Origin: Octopus sinensis
Taxonomy: Eukaryota
Length of the DNA stretch: 64,000 bases
Reading direction: 5' to 3'
Assembly (NCBI RefSeq): GCF_006345805.1
Contig: NC_043014.1
Span: forward strand, 23,994,001-24,058,000
In this document: positions 26,672-39,769 of the stretch, piece by piece
How positions within the stretch are numbered: the first letter of the stretch is position 1
Layout: the number at the start of each line of letters is the position of its first letter
Notes under the pieces: generated by a model
What the model was told of the DNA's origin: nothing
The model's database searches: none
Seen by the model: only the letters and a program-made list of their open reading frames with translations
Program-made: the position numbers and the translations under genes

Positions 26672-27236
26672 GATGCATCACATTCCACTGGCTTCCTTGG
26701 TATGGTATCTACAGCTGAATGTTTTTCTTAATGCCAACCACTTTACGGAGTATAGTCGGTGCTCTTTTTGTGCCACCATGCAGCTCACAAAAACTGTGAA
26801 TCCTGAGGGAAAAAGTTGCAGCTTGATGCTAGAGGATGATGGGATAAAGTATGAGATGGTGGTGAATGGGTGGGTGGGGGTCAGAGCAGGTTCTTCTAGA
26901 GAAGCTGCATGCCTAATCACATTTAAAAGAGGGAGAGAATGATCAGTCAGAGCTGCAAAGAGATAAACAATGGAGATGAGGTGTGCAGGTAGTCCTTGAA
27001 TGCACAAGGTGAGAAATGGGCAGTTGAGGTTGCAAGATTATATGAGGAGCAGGATATGGAGGAAGGGGAGGCAGGCTGCAGCTGTAATGATTGAGTAGGG
27101 TTGAAGGGTGGATGACTGATGAGTTGGGAGAAGAGAAAAGGATGCAGAAGAGAATGAGTGGAGACCATAGGGTAGTGACGATATAGCTGACAGAAGAAAG
27201 ACAAGAAAGAAATGATGTGTGATTGGGTAAGCTACA

Positions 27237-27270
<34 letters not shown>

Positions 27271-28420
27271 GCAGGTGTAGTGCATGATGTGAGATAATTT
27301 AAGGGTGGGTTATTAATCGATGTAATGTTAGAAGGGAGAAAACAATATTAATGGATGAAGAATAACTAAGAAGTAAGATAGTACTGGTAGGTGGGAAAAT
27401 AAAGTGGTTGAGCTGCATTGAGAGAGATGTCAGGTAGAAGGGAGGATGATATAGGGTGAAATGCCTATTTCTGCATATATATATATATGTATAGAGTGTT
27501 TGAAGTGGTGTACAGATATTGTATATTGAGAAAAAGTAGGCAGTTTGAATTTTGGATAATCCTTTATTAGTGCTTTCGTTCATTTATGAGCTCATCAAGA
27601 CAAAATCAAAATTATTTTGATTTTTCTTGAGTTCATAAATGAATGAAAGCACTAATAATGAATTATCCAAAATTCTGACTGCTTCCTTTTTCTCTCTCCC
27701 TATATATACACAGTTCTTCCAAAACTTAGTTACACTGAGGTGGGCAGGTCTTCTCAAGAACCAAGCATCCTAATCCTTTGTCATCTCCTCTGTGAGGCTC
27801 ATGGTCCTGAGGTCAGCCTTCACCACTTCTTCCCATGTCTCTCTCTTCCATGAACTCTAACAATATTACATGATCATCATCACTTCTTTGTACATCTGTC
27901 CTCATTTGCACACATCAAATGTCCATACTAGTGCAATCTTCTTTCTTGCGCACTCCATCTGATTCCGTTTATGCCCAGTTTTCCTTTCAGCACATTCTAT
28001 GTCATTTGAAAACATCCAAAAGAGCATGCTTGCTTCATTTCTTTTTAATCTTTTCAAGTCTTCTGTATTCAAAGCCCATGTCTCACTACCATGCAGTATT
28101 GTAATTCTAACACAAACATCATAAATCTACCTTTCACTCAAAGGTCTTTACCTTTGTTACCAACAGAGGTAGTAGCTCCCTGAACTTTCTTCAACCTATT
28201 CTTACTCAGGCAACTAAACTTTCAGAGCAACCACTTTTCTGGCTAAATACATCTCCTGGATAACAAAAGCTATTAACTATTTCTAGTGAGCTATTTGGGC
28301 AATGAAGAGAGTCTATTTACTATGTTCATAGTATGTGTCGATTTAGAGCATCTATCATGAGCTTATGTTCTCTGCTAGCCTGCCTGCAATTCCACTACAT
28401 GTCTTGGGTGCCCATAGCTT
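26672..28420 (-). mobile_element. RTE LINE 3' part, old, interrupted by a fold-back insertion at 27528-27694
   Basis: Degenerate 3' terminus and C-terminal ORF homology to the other copies. Confidence 0.75.
27528..27694. repeat. Fold-back palindrome (~80-bp arms) containing degenerate hammerhead-like motifs
   Basis: Arms gaattttggataat...ttattagtgctttcgttcatttatgagctca and tgagttcataaatgaatgaaagcactaataa...attatccaaaattc. Confidence 0.85.
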
Positions 28421-29244
28421 ATATTGGATAAAATGTATGGAGCTCACACCTACACTGACACATATTCTCTGTACATAATTCTCAAGCTGAATCACTGTGG
28501 TGGCATGCAACAAGGCCAGACCTTTGAATTACTGGAACAGTCCATCTATCCAGTTCCACTCACAAAGCTTGGAATGACTCAAGCCAGTAGTAAAGTCACT
28601 TGCCCAAGATACTACACAAGCAAATTTCTTTAAAACTCAGTCATATCTTCATCCATTTATATCTAAATATACAACTACCTTTTTAAATAAACCATTCAGG
28701 CTTCCTAGCCTTACTGTCCAATTTTTATTACACACACACACTCCAGTCTATGAGACTCTTGTTAATATTTCAAATAATTTTAAAATACTGTGTCTTGCCC
28801 ATATGTATTAATTAAGCTATTTCTGATGAAAAACTTTCAAACTTTATGTACTCTCAAACAATTCAAAAATTCATCACCAGTTTGCAACTATATCAAAACT
28901 TCTTTCTTAACAGATAAATTGTGAGAGTACAGAGGTTTTTTATAATTGGACTCCTTTCCAAATAACAATCACTCAACAAGACAGTAATAGCAGTAGATAA
29001 TTTTTGTAAGGAAGTAGACCGAAGCAAGCAGTGATGTTTCTATTATAACACACTATAAACTGTTACTAGCAGAGTTTTTACACTCAATCATTCTAATGTC
29101 AAAGATCCAAATATCTCAAGCAATCACCACCATATACTTACTATACAATCTACTTAATACATAACCTGAATTTTGTTTGTCAATCACACTGATCAATAAC
29201 CATTTAATCAATTGTTACAAAATTTACAAAATGGAAAATCTTAC

Positions 29245-30118
29245 CAATAAGAGAAGCTAAATATTGAACCTCAACACCACATATTTCACAAGTGTAGGCA
29301 CCATTTGAAGACTGGAAGTTGGTTTTCTTCTTTTTATACTCAATCTGTGGCTGTATTGTGGCTTTAACTTCTTTAGAGATGATATCTAAGGCTTCAATAC
29401 AAACAGGGTCACCAAGGTTAGTTTGTCCAGTGCTAATCAATCGAGCAGGGCCATGACCATCAGGTAACTCTAAATCAAAGTACAAGTCTGTCTTGTCTTT
29501 TCGTATACGAATTCGCTTGCTCTTCCGCAACACTGAATTATTATTTTCATTTTTGCCATCTGATTTAGTTTCATTCTTACCATCCAGCTTTGATTCAATG
29601 TCAACCACTTTCTCGCATTCTAATTTTGCATCATCATTTTTTTTAGCAGAAGGTTGTTTTAATTTTTTGGGACATGAAACATTTTTTTTTGCACAAAGTC
29701 GTGCCATATCAATAGGAGGAGGTAGTTTTATGGTCTGTTTTTCACCTGTACCATCACAGGTGACAATGTCAATATTTGGGTAACAAAATATTGTTTCTGT
29801 TACCTCTTCTTCTTCATTCGAAGAGATACCATTTCCTTCTGTCAACAACTTTGATGTCTGATCAGAGTATGTTACCCGTAATTTATCAGCCAGCACCATC
29901 AAGCTGGATGCATCATTTTCATTACTTGTGGCTTCTGTTAAGGAAGTCACTACTTCTTCTACTGGCTGCAACTCAACTTCTCGCAGATCCTCATCAGAGG
30001 GAGTTGGCTGATCAGAAGGACTAAATTTTATAGCAACTGAAAGAACTTTCCACAACTGAACAGCTTCTTGTTTTAAACAATCTGGCATAGTGTTAAAAAG
30101 ATATATGGCCTCTTTTAA
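29245..30118 (-). CDS. C2H2 zinc-finger gene exon 2 (acidic/Lys-rich N-terminal region plus first half of finger 1)
   Basis: Acceptor ctatttttag|TTA in frame with ORF 29204..30088; ends CEICGVEVQYLASLI G|GTAAG (phase 1). Confidence 0.92.
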
Positions 30119-32843
30119 CTAAAAATAGAAAAAATATGTAAATTTACTTCATTATAAAATGCAAAATATACATCCACACACCCAAAATAGATATTTTTAA
30201 AAAATTTACTTATTTTATAAATGTCTATTTGTTGAATGGATGTGTTACTTTTCTGATGTAACTCAATGTATCAGCCTATTCTGAAATAAACACATATAAG
30301 ATGTGCATCTGCAGTTTCCATCTACCAAATTCCATTCATAAGATTTCAGTTGGCCTATGTGAGAGTACATCCAAGGTGTTATGCAGTGTGACTGAACCTA
30401 TAGCTATGAATTCTAAACTCAAGTCTAATAGTAAAATTTTTAAGTAAAGATTAGTTGAAATGAAACTGCATGACAAATGCCAAGAACAAATAAGACAATA
30501 AATGCCTTATAATATAGTATGTAGAACTGGAGGTTTAAGTATTGGTGATTCAGTATTAACAAACTTAACTACTTTTATCATTCAACAGATGTATTCTTGT
30601 ATTGAAATAACTCCCAAATCTATGTAATGCAAATTCACACATGATGACTGACAAGTGATGACAAAGCAAGATACGATAGAGAGCAATGGAAAATTTGGAA
30701 TGAGATAGAAAAAATCTGAGAGGATATAAAGTGAGAGAGTACTTCTGATGACAGATGCTTAATGAATCTTGCTAAGTTGCAAAAATTCTGCCTTAAACAT
30801 TTGTTAATTTCAACAAAAAATGAGAGATAGATGCAATTTAAGGGAACTTTAGAGGCTATTTCTAAAAGGTCTAGTAACCACAAAAAAAGAGAGAGATGAT
30901 TACTGATAGTGAATAGTTTTTGGTTTGTAAATATTAATAACAAATGGCAAAGTGACCACCATCTTCAATATCAAACATCAATCTAAAATGCTTACATGCA
31001 TGAGTGGACAATCCCTAAACATCTGCTGATACATTTTTGTGTGAATACGTAGTTTTGATGCTAACACATGAGAATGAAGAGTCATGATCATAAATATATG
31101 AATGAACTCTATGCCATGTACTTACTAACTCAAATATTTGGATGTATTAAAATAAGTACCAGCTGAGTACTGAGGTTGATTTAATTGATTTAGCTTCTCC
31201 CTCTAAACTGCTGGCCTTGTGTCAAAATTTTAAACTAATCTTTGGATGTATTCTTTTATTGGTTTCGATCAATGGACTGTGACAATGCTTGGGCACTGTC
31301 TTCAGAAGTGTTAATCATAATGGCCCCAGTACTGACTTTAGACTGGCATTTATTCTATAAATCTCTATTTGTTAAACCACAAGTTACAGGTTACAGAATT
31401 AACAACATCAGTTTTCAGAATAGTGCAAACACAGACACACACACACAACAGGCTTCTTCCCTAGATTTTATCATCTAAATGGAACTGCATAACATGTGCA
31501 GCATCTTGGGCAGGGGTTGTCTACTATAGCCTTAGGTGAACTAATACCTTATAAAGTGAAACTTTTAACCATACACACATAACTGCACATATATCTTTTA
31601 TCTTTTACTTGCTTCAGTCATTAGACTAACCCATGCAAGCAAAGAAAAGTACACATTAAAACAAAGATTATGATAATCCCCTTATTCTATTCACTTGTGT
31701 TGGAATTAAGAAATTGAGATGTTAAAAATAAATGGGAAATGTAAAAGTATAAATTTTCTACTCTATTGAAGTAATTACCATTTCTATGGACTGTGTGAAT
31801 TAATCCCCACCACTTTCTTCAAAACTGAAAATGCAACTTTTTGTATCTTGTCATAGTTGTTTAGTCTCAGGTCAATTTTTGCTTGAGCAAAAATATGATC
31901 AAAAATGTATAAGCTGTGACCATCCTATTTTTGTGCTTATTATTAGGGACTACATTATCCAATGTGCCCTTTCTTTTTAAAGAGAGTCAGGTATAGTTTC
32001 ATGATCTGATTGCTATTTTTAGCAGATCAAATGATTGCACAGACAGTGGTTCCAGAGATTTTTGGGCTGCCACCCAGGCCACATTCCTAGTGCAAAACAC
32101 ACACCTCTTTCTACTGCAAATTCAAAACAATTGTATTTCAGAAATAAAACTAAACCTAGTTAGCCCATTAATTTGCTGTTTTTACAACATGAAAGAGTAA
32201 ATTTACATCTTAACTGTAACAATGCTTTTTTTCTTATTTTTACTGCAATCGAGGTACATTGTACAGAAATATCAGCTTTTTGACATCAAATTGAAAAGTA
32301 CTAAGTAGTAGTCTTAGATCCCCACATTTAGTAATACGTATTTTTCAAGAAAAAATTATGTACTTCCACCTCTTCATTTTAATCTTCACAATTAAAATCC
32401 TGCAGTAGAAAAAAAAAAAAAAACGACAGAGAAATTCAGATTTTTTTATATAAAATGAATTCATAGGCACAGATGCAGCTGTGTGGTAAGAAGCTTGCTT
32501 CCCAACCACAAGGTTCTGGATTCAGTCCCACTGCATTATCCCTTGGGCAAGTGTGTCCTACTATAGCCTCGGGATGACCAAAGCCTTGTCAGTGGATTTG
32601 GTAGATAGAAACTAAAATAAATCTATTGTATATATTTATATATATAGTGTGAGTTTGGAGGGATATATTATCTGGGCGGATATTGTGGTGGCTCTCAGTT
32701 AAAGGCTAACCACATCAATTAGTATTTAATCTCTATGGCTACTATAATTATAAGGATATAGAATACGGAGACTTGCTCATCCTCAAAATTTATTTCCTCT
32801 TATTTTACAATTTCGTACAGCATATTTTTATGGTTGATACAAC

Positions 32844-35207
32844 ATCATCATCATCATCATCATCATTTAGCGTCCGTTTTCCATGCTAGCATGGGTTGGA
32901 CGGTTCAACTGGGGTCTGGGGAGCCCGAAGGCTGCACCAGGCCAGTCAGATCTGGCAGTGTTTCTACAGCTGGATGCCCTTCCTAACGCCAACCACTCCG
33001 AGAGTGTAGTGGGTGATTTTATGTGCCACCGACACAGGTGCCAGACGAGGCTGGCGAACGGCCACGCTCGGATGGTGTTTTTATGTGCCACCGACACAGG
33101 TGCCAGACGAGGCTGGCAGACGGCCACGCTCGGATGGTGTTTTTATGTGCCACCGACACAGGTGCCAGATGAGGCTGGCGGACGGCCACGATCGGATGGT
33201 GTTTGTTACGTCCCCAAAGCACGGAGGCCAGTCTATGCGGTACTGGCTACGGCCACGTTCGGATGATTTTCTTGTGTGCCACCGGCACTGGTACCACAAA
33301 GATACAAATTCTATTGATGTTCATCTATTTTGATTTGATTTGATTTGATTTTCACTTGCCTCAACAGGTCTTCACAAGTGTCACAAGAAGGAAGGTATGC
33401 ACAGGTGGACTGACTACGTCGCAGGTAGGGGCCACGGGTTATGGCCTGACTAGTCTTGCCGGGTTTCGGATGGTGTTTTTATGTGCCACCGACACAGGTG
33501 CCAGATGAGGCTGGCGAACGCCACGATCGGATGGTGTTTGTTACGTGCCCACAGCACGGAGGCCAGTCGATGCGGTACTGGCTACGGCCACGTTCGGATG
33601 GTTTTCTTGGTGCCACCGGCACTGGTACCACAAAGATACAAATTCCATTGATGTTATCTATTTTATTTGATTTGATTTGATTTTTTCACTTGCCTCAACA
33701 GGTCTTCACAAGTGTCACAGGAAGGAAGGAAGGTATGCACAGGTGGACTGACTACGTCCCAAGTAGGGGCCACGGGTTATGGCCTGACTAGTCTTGCCGG
33801 GTCTTCGGTTGGTGTTTTTATGTGCCACCGACACAGGTGCCAAATGAGGCTGGCGAACGGCCACGATCGGATGGTGTTTGTTATGTGCCCACGTCACAGA
33901 GGCCAGTCGATGCGGTACTGGCTACGGCCACGTTTGGATGGTTTTCTTGTGTGCCAACGGTACTGGTACCACAAAGATACAAATTCCATTGATGTTCATC
34001 TATTTTGATTTGATTTGATTTTCACTTGCCTCAACAGGTCTACACAAGTGTCACACACTTGCCTCAACAGGTCTTCACAAGTGTCATAAGTAGGTGTCAC
34101 ACACTTGCCTCAACAGGTCTTCACAAGTGTCATAAGTAGGAAGGTATGCACAGGTGGACTGACTACGTCGCCGGGTCTTCGGATGGTGTTTTTATGTGCG
34201 CGGTACTGGCTACGGCCACGTTCGGATGGTTTTCTTGTGTGCCAACGGTACTGGTACCACAAAGATACAAATTCCATTGATGTTCATCTATTTTGATTTG
34301 GTTTGATTTGATTTGATTTGATTTTCACTTGCCTCAACAGGTCTACACAAGTGTCACACACTTGCCTCAACAGGTCTTCACAAGTGTCATAAGTAGGTGT
34401 CACACACTTTCCTCAACAGGTCTTCACAAGTGTCATAAGTAGGAAGGTATGCACAGGTGGACTGACTACGTCGCCGGGTCTTCGGATGGTGTTTTTATGT
34501 GCCACCGACACAGGTGCCAGATGAGGCTGGCGAACGGCCACGATCAGATGGTGTTTGTTGTGCCCACAGCACGGAGGCCAGTCGATGCGGTACTGGCTAC
34601 GGCCACGTTCGGATGGTTTTCTTGTGTGCCACCGGTACTGGAACCACAAAGATACAAATTCCATTGATGTTCATCTATTTTGATTTGGTTTGGTTTGATT
34701 TTCACTTGCCTCAACAGGTCTTCACAAGTAGTGTCACACACTTGCCTCAACAGGTCTCCACAAGTGTCACACACTTGCCTCTGCCTCAACAGGTCTTCAC
34801 AAGTGTCACACACTTGCCTCAACAGGTCTTCACAAGTGTCATAAGAGGGAAGGTATGCACAGGTGGACTGACTACGTCGCCGGGTCTTCGGATGGTGTTT
34901 TTTTATGTGCCACCAACACAGGTGCCAGATGAGGCTGGCGAACGGCCACGATCGGATGGTGTTTGTTGTGCCACACAGCACGGAGGCCAGTCGATGCGGC
35001 TGTGACGCTACGGCCACGTTCGGATGGTTTTCTTGTGTGCCACCGGTACTGGAACCACAAAGATACAAATTCCATTGATGTTCATCTATTTTGATTTGGT
35101 TTGATTTTCACTTGCCTCAACAGGTCTTCACAAGTGTCACACACTTGCCTCAACAGGTCTCCACAAGTGTCACACACTTGCCTCTGCCTCAACAGGTCTT
35201 CACAAGA
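32844..35207 (-). repeat. Compound tandem array derived from the RTE 3' UTR
   Basis: One (GAT)n tail, then six higher-order units (marker AAGATACAAATT near 33299, 33633, 33975, 34262, 34649, 35060) built from 62-nt and ~31-nt subunits. Confidence 0.92.
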
Positions 35208-36059
35208 ACCTACACATGTTTCCACTGCACAAAGTATGTGCAGTTATACATGCAACTGGGCATGATTTTCTTCAAGATCTGTCCATTTGGCTAGTTTTGA
35301 AGTGAACTGAATTCAGTTGGTTGTTTGTTAGTTAGGGGTCAGGAAGAGGTTGCTTTGAAACTGAAATCAGTTCTGTCTCTAAGCTTGTGAAGTTGACCTG
35401 TTTCACACCAGTTGCTGTCTGAAATCAGGATTCTATCTAACTAGGTCAAGGTTGATGTTACTGTTTTGGTAGGCCTCTTTGTGTATTGTAGTAGTATATA
35501 TCTATGTGTGTGTGTCTTTATATCAGTGTTTATCCCCCACCACTGCTTGACAACTGGTGTTGGTGTGTTTACATCTCTGTAACTTAGCAGTTTGGCAAAA
35601 GAGACAAAAAAAAAAAAACAAGTACCAAGCTTTAAAAATAAATAAATCTTGGGGTCAATTTGTTCAACTAAAAAACCCATCAAAGGTGATGCCCCAGCGT
35701 AGCCACAGTTGAATGACAGAAACAGATAAAAGATATATACATAATGCCTAAGCAAAATATATGTAATATATATATGTATATATATATAAGTATTTATATA
35801 TGTGTGAATGTGTGTGTATGTATATATACAAATAAGAAAATGGAGAAATAAATTCATCTCATTCATCAATTTATGGATATTACAATTTTACATTATTTAT
35901 TAATTATACAAATGGGAACATCAAAATCAGACTAGACATTATATAAATCAATAGGTAATATAATAATAAAAATAATACAAATACATATTTTAATAGTCAT
36001 ATTATAAATTAAATTATTGAAATTCATAAACTACTCCTTATTTTTTTTATATGCATGCA

Positions 36060-39000
36060 TGCATCATCATCATCGTTTAACGTCCGCTTTCCATGCTAGC
36101 ATGGGTTGGACGGTTCAACTGGGGTCTGGCAAGCTCGAAGGCTGCACCAGGCCAGTCAGATCTGGCAGTGTTTCTACAGCTGGATGCCCTTCCTAACGCC
36201 AACCACTCCGAGAGTGTAGTGGGTGATTTTATGTGCCACCGACACAGGTGCCAGACGAGGCTGGCAGACGGCCACGCTCGGATGGTGTTTTTATGTACCA
36301 CCGACACAGGTGCCAGACAAGGCTGGCGAACGGCCATGCTCGGATGGTGTTTGTTACATGCCCTCAGCACGGAGGCCAGTCGATGCGGTACTGGCTACGG
36401 TCACGTTCGGATGGTTTTCTTATGTGCCACCGGCACTGGTACCACAAGGATACAAATTCCATTGATGTTCATCTGATTTGATTTGATTTGATTGATTTTC
36501 ACTTGCCTCAACAGGTCTTCACAAGTGTCACAAGAAGGAAGGTATGCACAGGTGGACTGACTACGTCCCAGGTAGGGGCCACGGGTTATGGCTTCACTAC
36601 TCTTGCCGGGTCTTCTCACGCACAGCATACTTCCATAGGTCTCGGTCTCTAGTCATTTCCATGGTGAGACCTAACGTCGTGCTTCACCACCTCGTCCCAG
36701 GTTTTCCTGGGTCTACCTCTTCCACGGGTTCCCTCAACTGCTAGGGATTGGCACTTTCTCACACACCTATCTTCATCCATTCTCGCCACATGACCATACC
36801 AGCGCAATCGTCTCTCTTGCACACCACAACTGATGCTTCTTAGGTACAACATTTCTCTCAAGGTACTAACGCTCTGTCGAGTAAGTACACTGACATTACA
36901 CATCCATCGGAGCATACTGGCTTCATTCCTCACGAGCTTACGCATGTCCTCAGCAGTCACGGCCCATGTTTCACTGCCATGTAGCATGGCTGTTTGTACA
37001 CATGCATCATACAGTCTGCCTTTTACTCTGAGCGAGAGGCCTTTAGTCACCAGAAGAGGTAAGAGCTCCCTAAACTTTGCCCAGGCTATTCTTATTCTAG
37101 CAGTTACACTTTCAGCGCACCCCCCCCACTACTGACTTGGTCACCTAGATAACGGAAGCTATCAACTACTTCTAGTTTTTCCCCCTGGAAAGTGACGGAA
37201 GTTGTTTTCTGCAGATTTTCGGAGGTCAATGCTCCCGAGCATCTGCCACATACAAAAACTATCTTCCCAGTTAGCCTACCTTTGACATTGCTGCACCTCT
37301 TATGTGTCCATAGCTTACACTGGGTACATCTTATAGAGTTTCTACCTACACCTTTTCTACAGATCGAGCAGGGCCATCTTCCTGAGGATATTTGTGGATT
37401 GTCTACCTTTCTACTTATTAGGACTTTGGTTTTAGCTAGGTTGACTCTAAGGCCCCTCGATTCTAAACCCTCCTTCCACACCTGGAACTTCTCCTCCAGT
37501 TCTGATAGTGACTCAGCAATTAGAGCGAGGTCGTCAGCATAGAGGAGCTTCCAGGGGCAACCTGTCTTGAATTCCTCCACAATTGCCTGGAGGACTATGA
37601 TAAATAGGAGGGGGCTGAGTACTGAACCCTGGTGGACCCCAACCTCTACTTTGAATTCTTCTGTGTACATGTTGCCAACCCTAACCTTACTTACGGCATC
37701 TCTGTACATGGCTTGCACAGGCCTCACCAGCCATTCATCTATCCCTAGTTTCCTCATTGACCACCAGATGAGGGTTCGGGGGACCCTATCAAAGGCTTTC
37801 TCCATGTCAACGAAAGCCAGGTACAGGGGCTTATCTTTGGCTAGGTATTTCTCCTGCAGCTGCCTTACCAGGAATATAGCATCAGTGGTGCTTTTCCCTG
37901 GCACGAACCCAAACTGCATCTCATCTAAACTAACTCTCTCTCTAATTAGTTGGGCTATGACCCTCTCCGTAACCTTCATTACCTGATCCAACAGCTTGAT
38001 ACCTCTGTAATTATTTGTATCTAGGGCATCACCTTTACCTTTGTAGCAGTTGACTAGTATGCTGCTACACCAGTCATTGGGTATGACTCCTTCGTGTATC
38101 ACCTGGTTGACTATACGGGTGACTAGGTTATAGCCGACACTGCCAAATATTTTGAGCATCTCTGCAGTAATTCCTGATGGGCCTGGGGCTTTCCCTGTCT
38201 TCATGCTTCTAATTGCCTTAGCTACCACGGAACTATCAACTCGGATAGCTGGTCTCTCTGTTGGGTCAACATTCGGCAGACTCTCTTTATCCCATTCATT
38301 TTCTTTATTCAGCAACCTTTCATAGTGGCATCTCCAAACCTCTCTCTTTGCATCCTCATTTAGCGCAAGTGAACTATCATCCATGCGAACACACTTCTCT
38401 CCTACCACATCACGATTCTCTCTCACACACTGTCTTGCAACACGAAATACCTCAAGTTTTTCATCCTCACGGCTCAGAACATTGGCAAATTTTTTCTTAT
38501 CCGCTTCCCCTCTGGCTAAATAAACCTGTCTCCTAGCTTCCCTTTTGGCTAAATAAACCTGTCTCCTAGCTTCCTTTTGGCTAAATAACCTGTCTCCTAG
38601 CTTCCCTTTTGGCTGTCTGATACAATTCCCTGCTACCACTGTTCTTCCAGTCCTTCCAAGCCTGTCTCTTTTGTCTAATAGCCCTGTCAACCCTGTTCCA
38701 CCACCATGTTACTCTGGGTCGAGATGGTACTTTGCTCCATCCACAGATCTGTTCAGTGGCTGTCAGCAGATTGTCTCGTAGGAATCTCCAGTTGTCTTCC
38801 ACATTAAGTGAAGCTATATCCCCTTCTATTTCGTCAAAGGCTTCGAGTAGTATGTCTCTAAATCTCTGTCCATTTGCAGGATCTTTAAGCTTCCAGACCC
38901 TTCTCCTCCAAGCTGGTCTTCTTCTGGGCAACCATTTAGCTCTGATCCTGATGTCGCTAACTACTAATCTATGTTGAGGAGTACATTCTTCGCCTGGAAA

Positions 39001-39541
39001 GGTTTTGGCATTTATAATCAGCCCTCTTTCCCTTTTTCTGGCAAGGATGTAGTCAATCTGGCTGGTGTGTCTGCCAGAACGGTAGGTGACTAGGTGAGAG
39101 GTGGGTTTCCTGAAGTTGGTATTGCAGACCATAAGGTCATTTTCATCGCAGAACTCCAGCAGCCTGGTTCCCTCCTCATTACGAGAGCCAAAACCGTAGC
39201 CTCCATGGATGCCATGGAAGCCCCCGACATGTCGTCCAACATGTCCATTGAAATCACCTGCCACGAAGAGAAGGTCACTGTCATTTGTCAACGAAGTAGT
39301 CCGCAATAGGGTGTCATAGAATTGGTCTTTTTGTCCTTCCGGTAGCCCTGGTTGAGGGGCATATGCCGAGATGATGGTAGCTGTCCTATGGTGTAGGACT
39401 AATCTAATTTTAATTACTCTGTCACTTACTCTGACTACCTCGATTACCTTACCTACTCATTTCTCCGCAAGAAGTATACCCACGCCCCCGACCCCGTCAG
39501 TGTTCCCTGCCCAGAAAATCTTGTACCTGTGTTCTGTGAGC
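36060..39541 (-). mobile_element. RTE-clade LINE, young, 5'-truncated, inactivated (APE endonuclease + RT + PHD-like finger + 3' UTR + (GAT)n tail)
   Basis: GDFNGHVG, SQIDYIL, QFGFVPG, GVHQGSVLSPLLF, YADD motifs; TGG>TGA at 39457-39459; frameshifts near 38550-38590, 37120 and 36677. Confidence 0.95.
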
Positions 39542-39593
39542 ATATATATATATATATATATATATATATCATTCATAACCCCTATCTTACTTT

Positions 39594-39666
<73 letters not shown>

Positions 39667-39667
<1 letters not shown>

Positions 39668-39704
39668 TGTCTGATGAACGGCAACGAGAAACTCAGAGTA
39701 ACAG
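39667..39704 (+). ncRNA. Minimal type I hammerhead ribozyme motif
   Basis: CTGT-CTGATGA-ACG gcaa CGA-GAAA-CTCAGAG-TA-ACAG; canonical core, stem I 4 bp, one mismatch in stem II. Confidence 0.75.
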
Positions 39705-39769
39705 ATTTTGTTGAATTTTCTGCTGCTTAAAATAAAGTATATATATATATATATTATATATATATATAT

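Noticed and set aside
32844-35207. CRISPR-like array of ~31-nt palindromic repeats
   Set aside because: Intervening sequences are themselves repeats homologous to the RTE 3' UTR, not unique spacers; eukaryotic context, no cas genes
32867-35294. Many overlapping ORFs in the tandem array (also 36077-36628 and 47416-47833)
   Set aside because: Open by virtue of GC-rich repeats in a non-coding LINE UTR; no domain content
36060-39541. Intact, active LINE
   Set aside because: 5'-truncated within the APE domain, nonsense codon at 39457-39459 and a non-homopolymer deletion near the C-terminus
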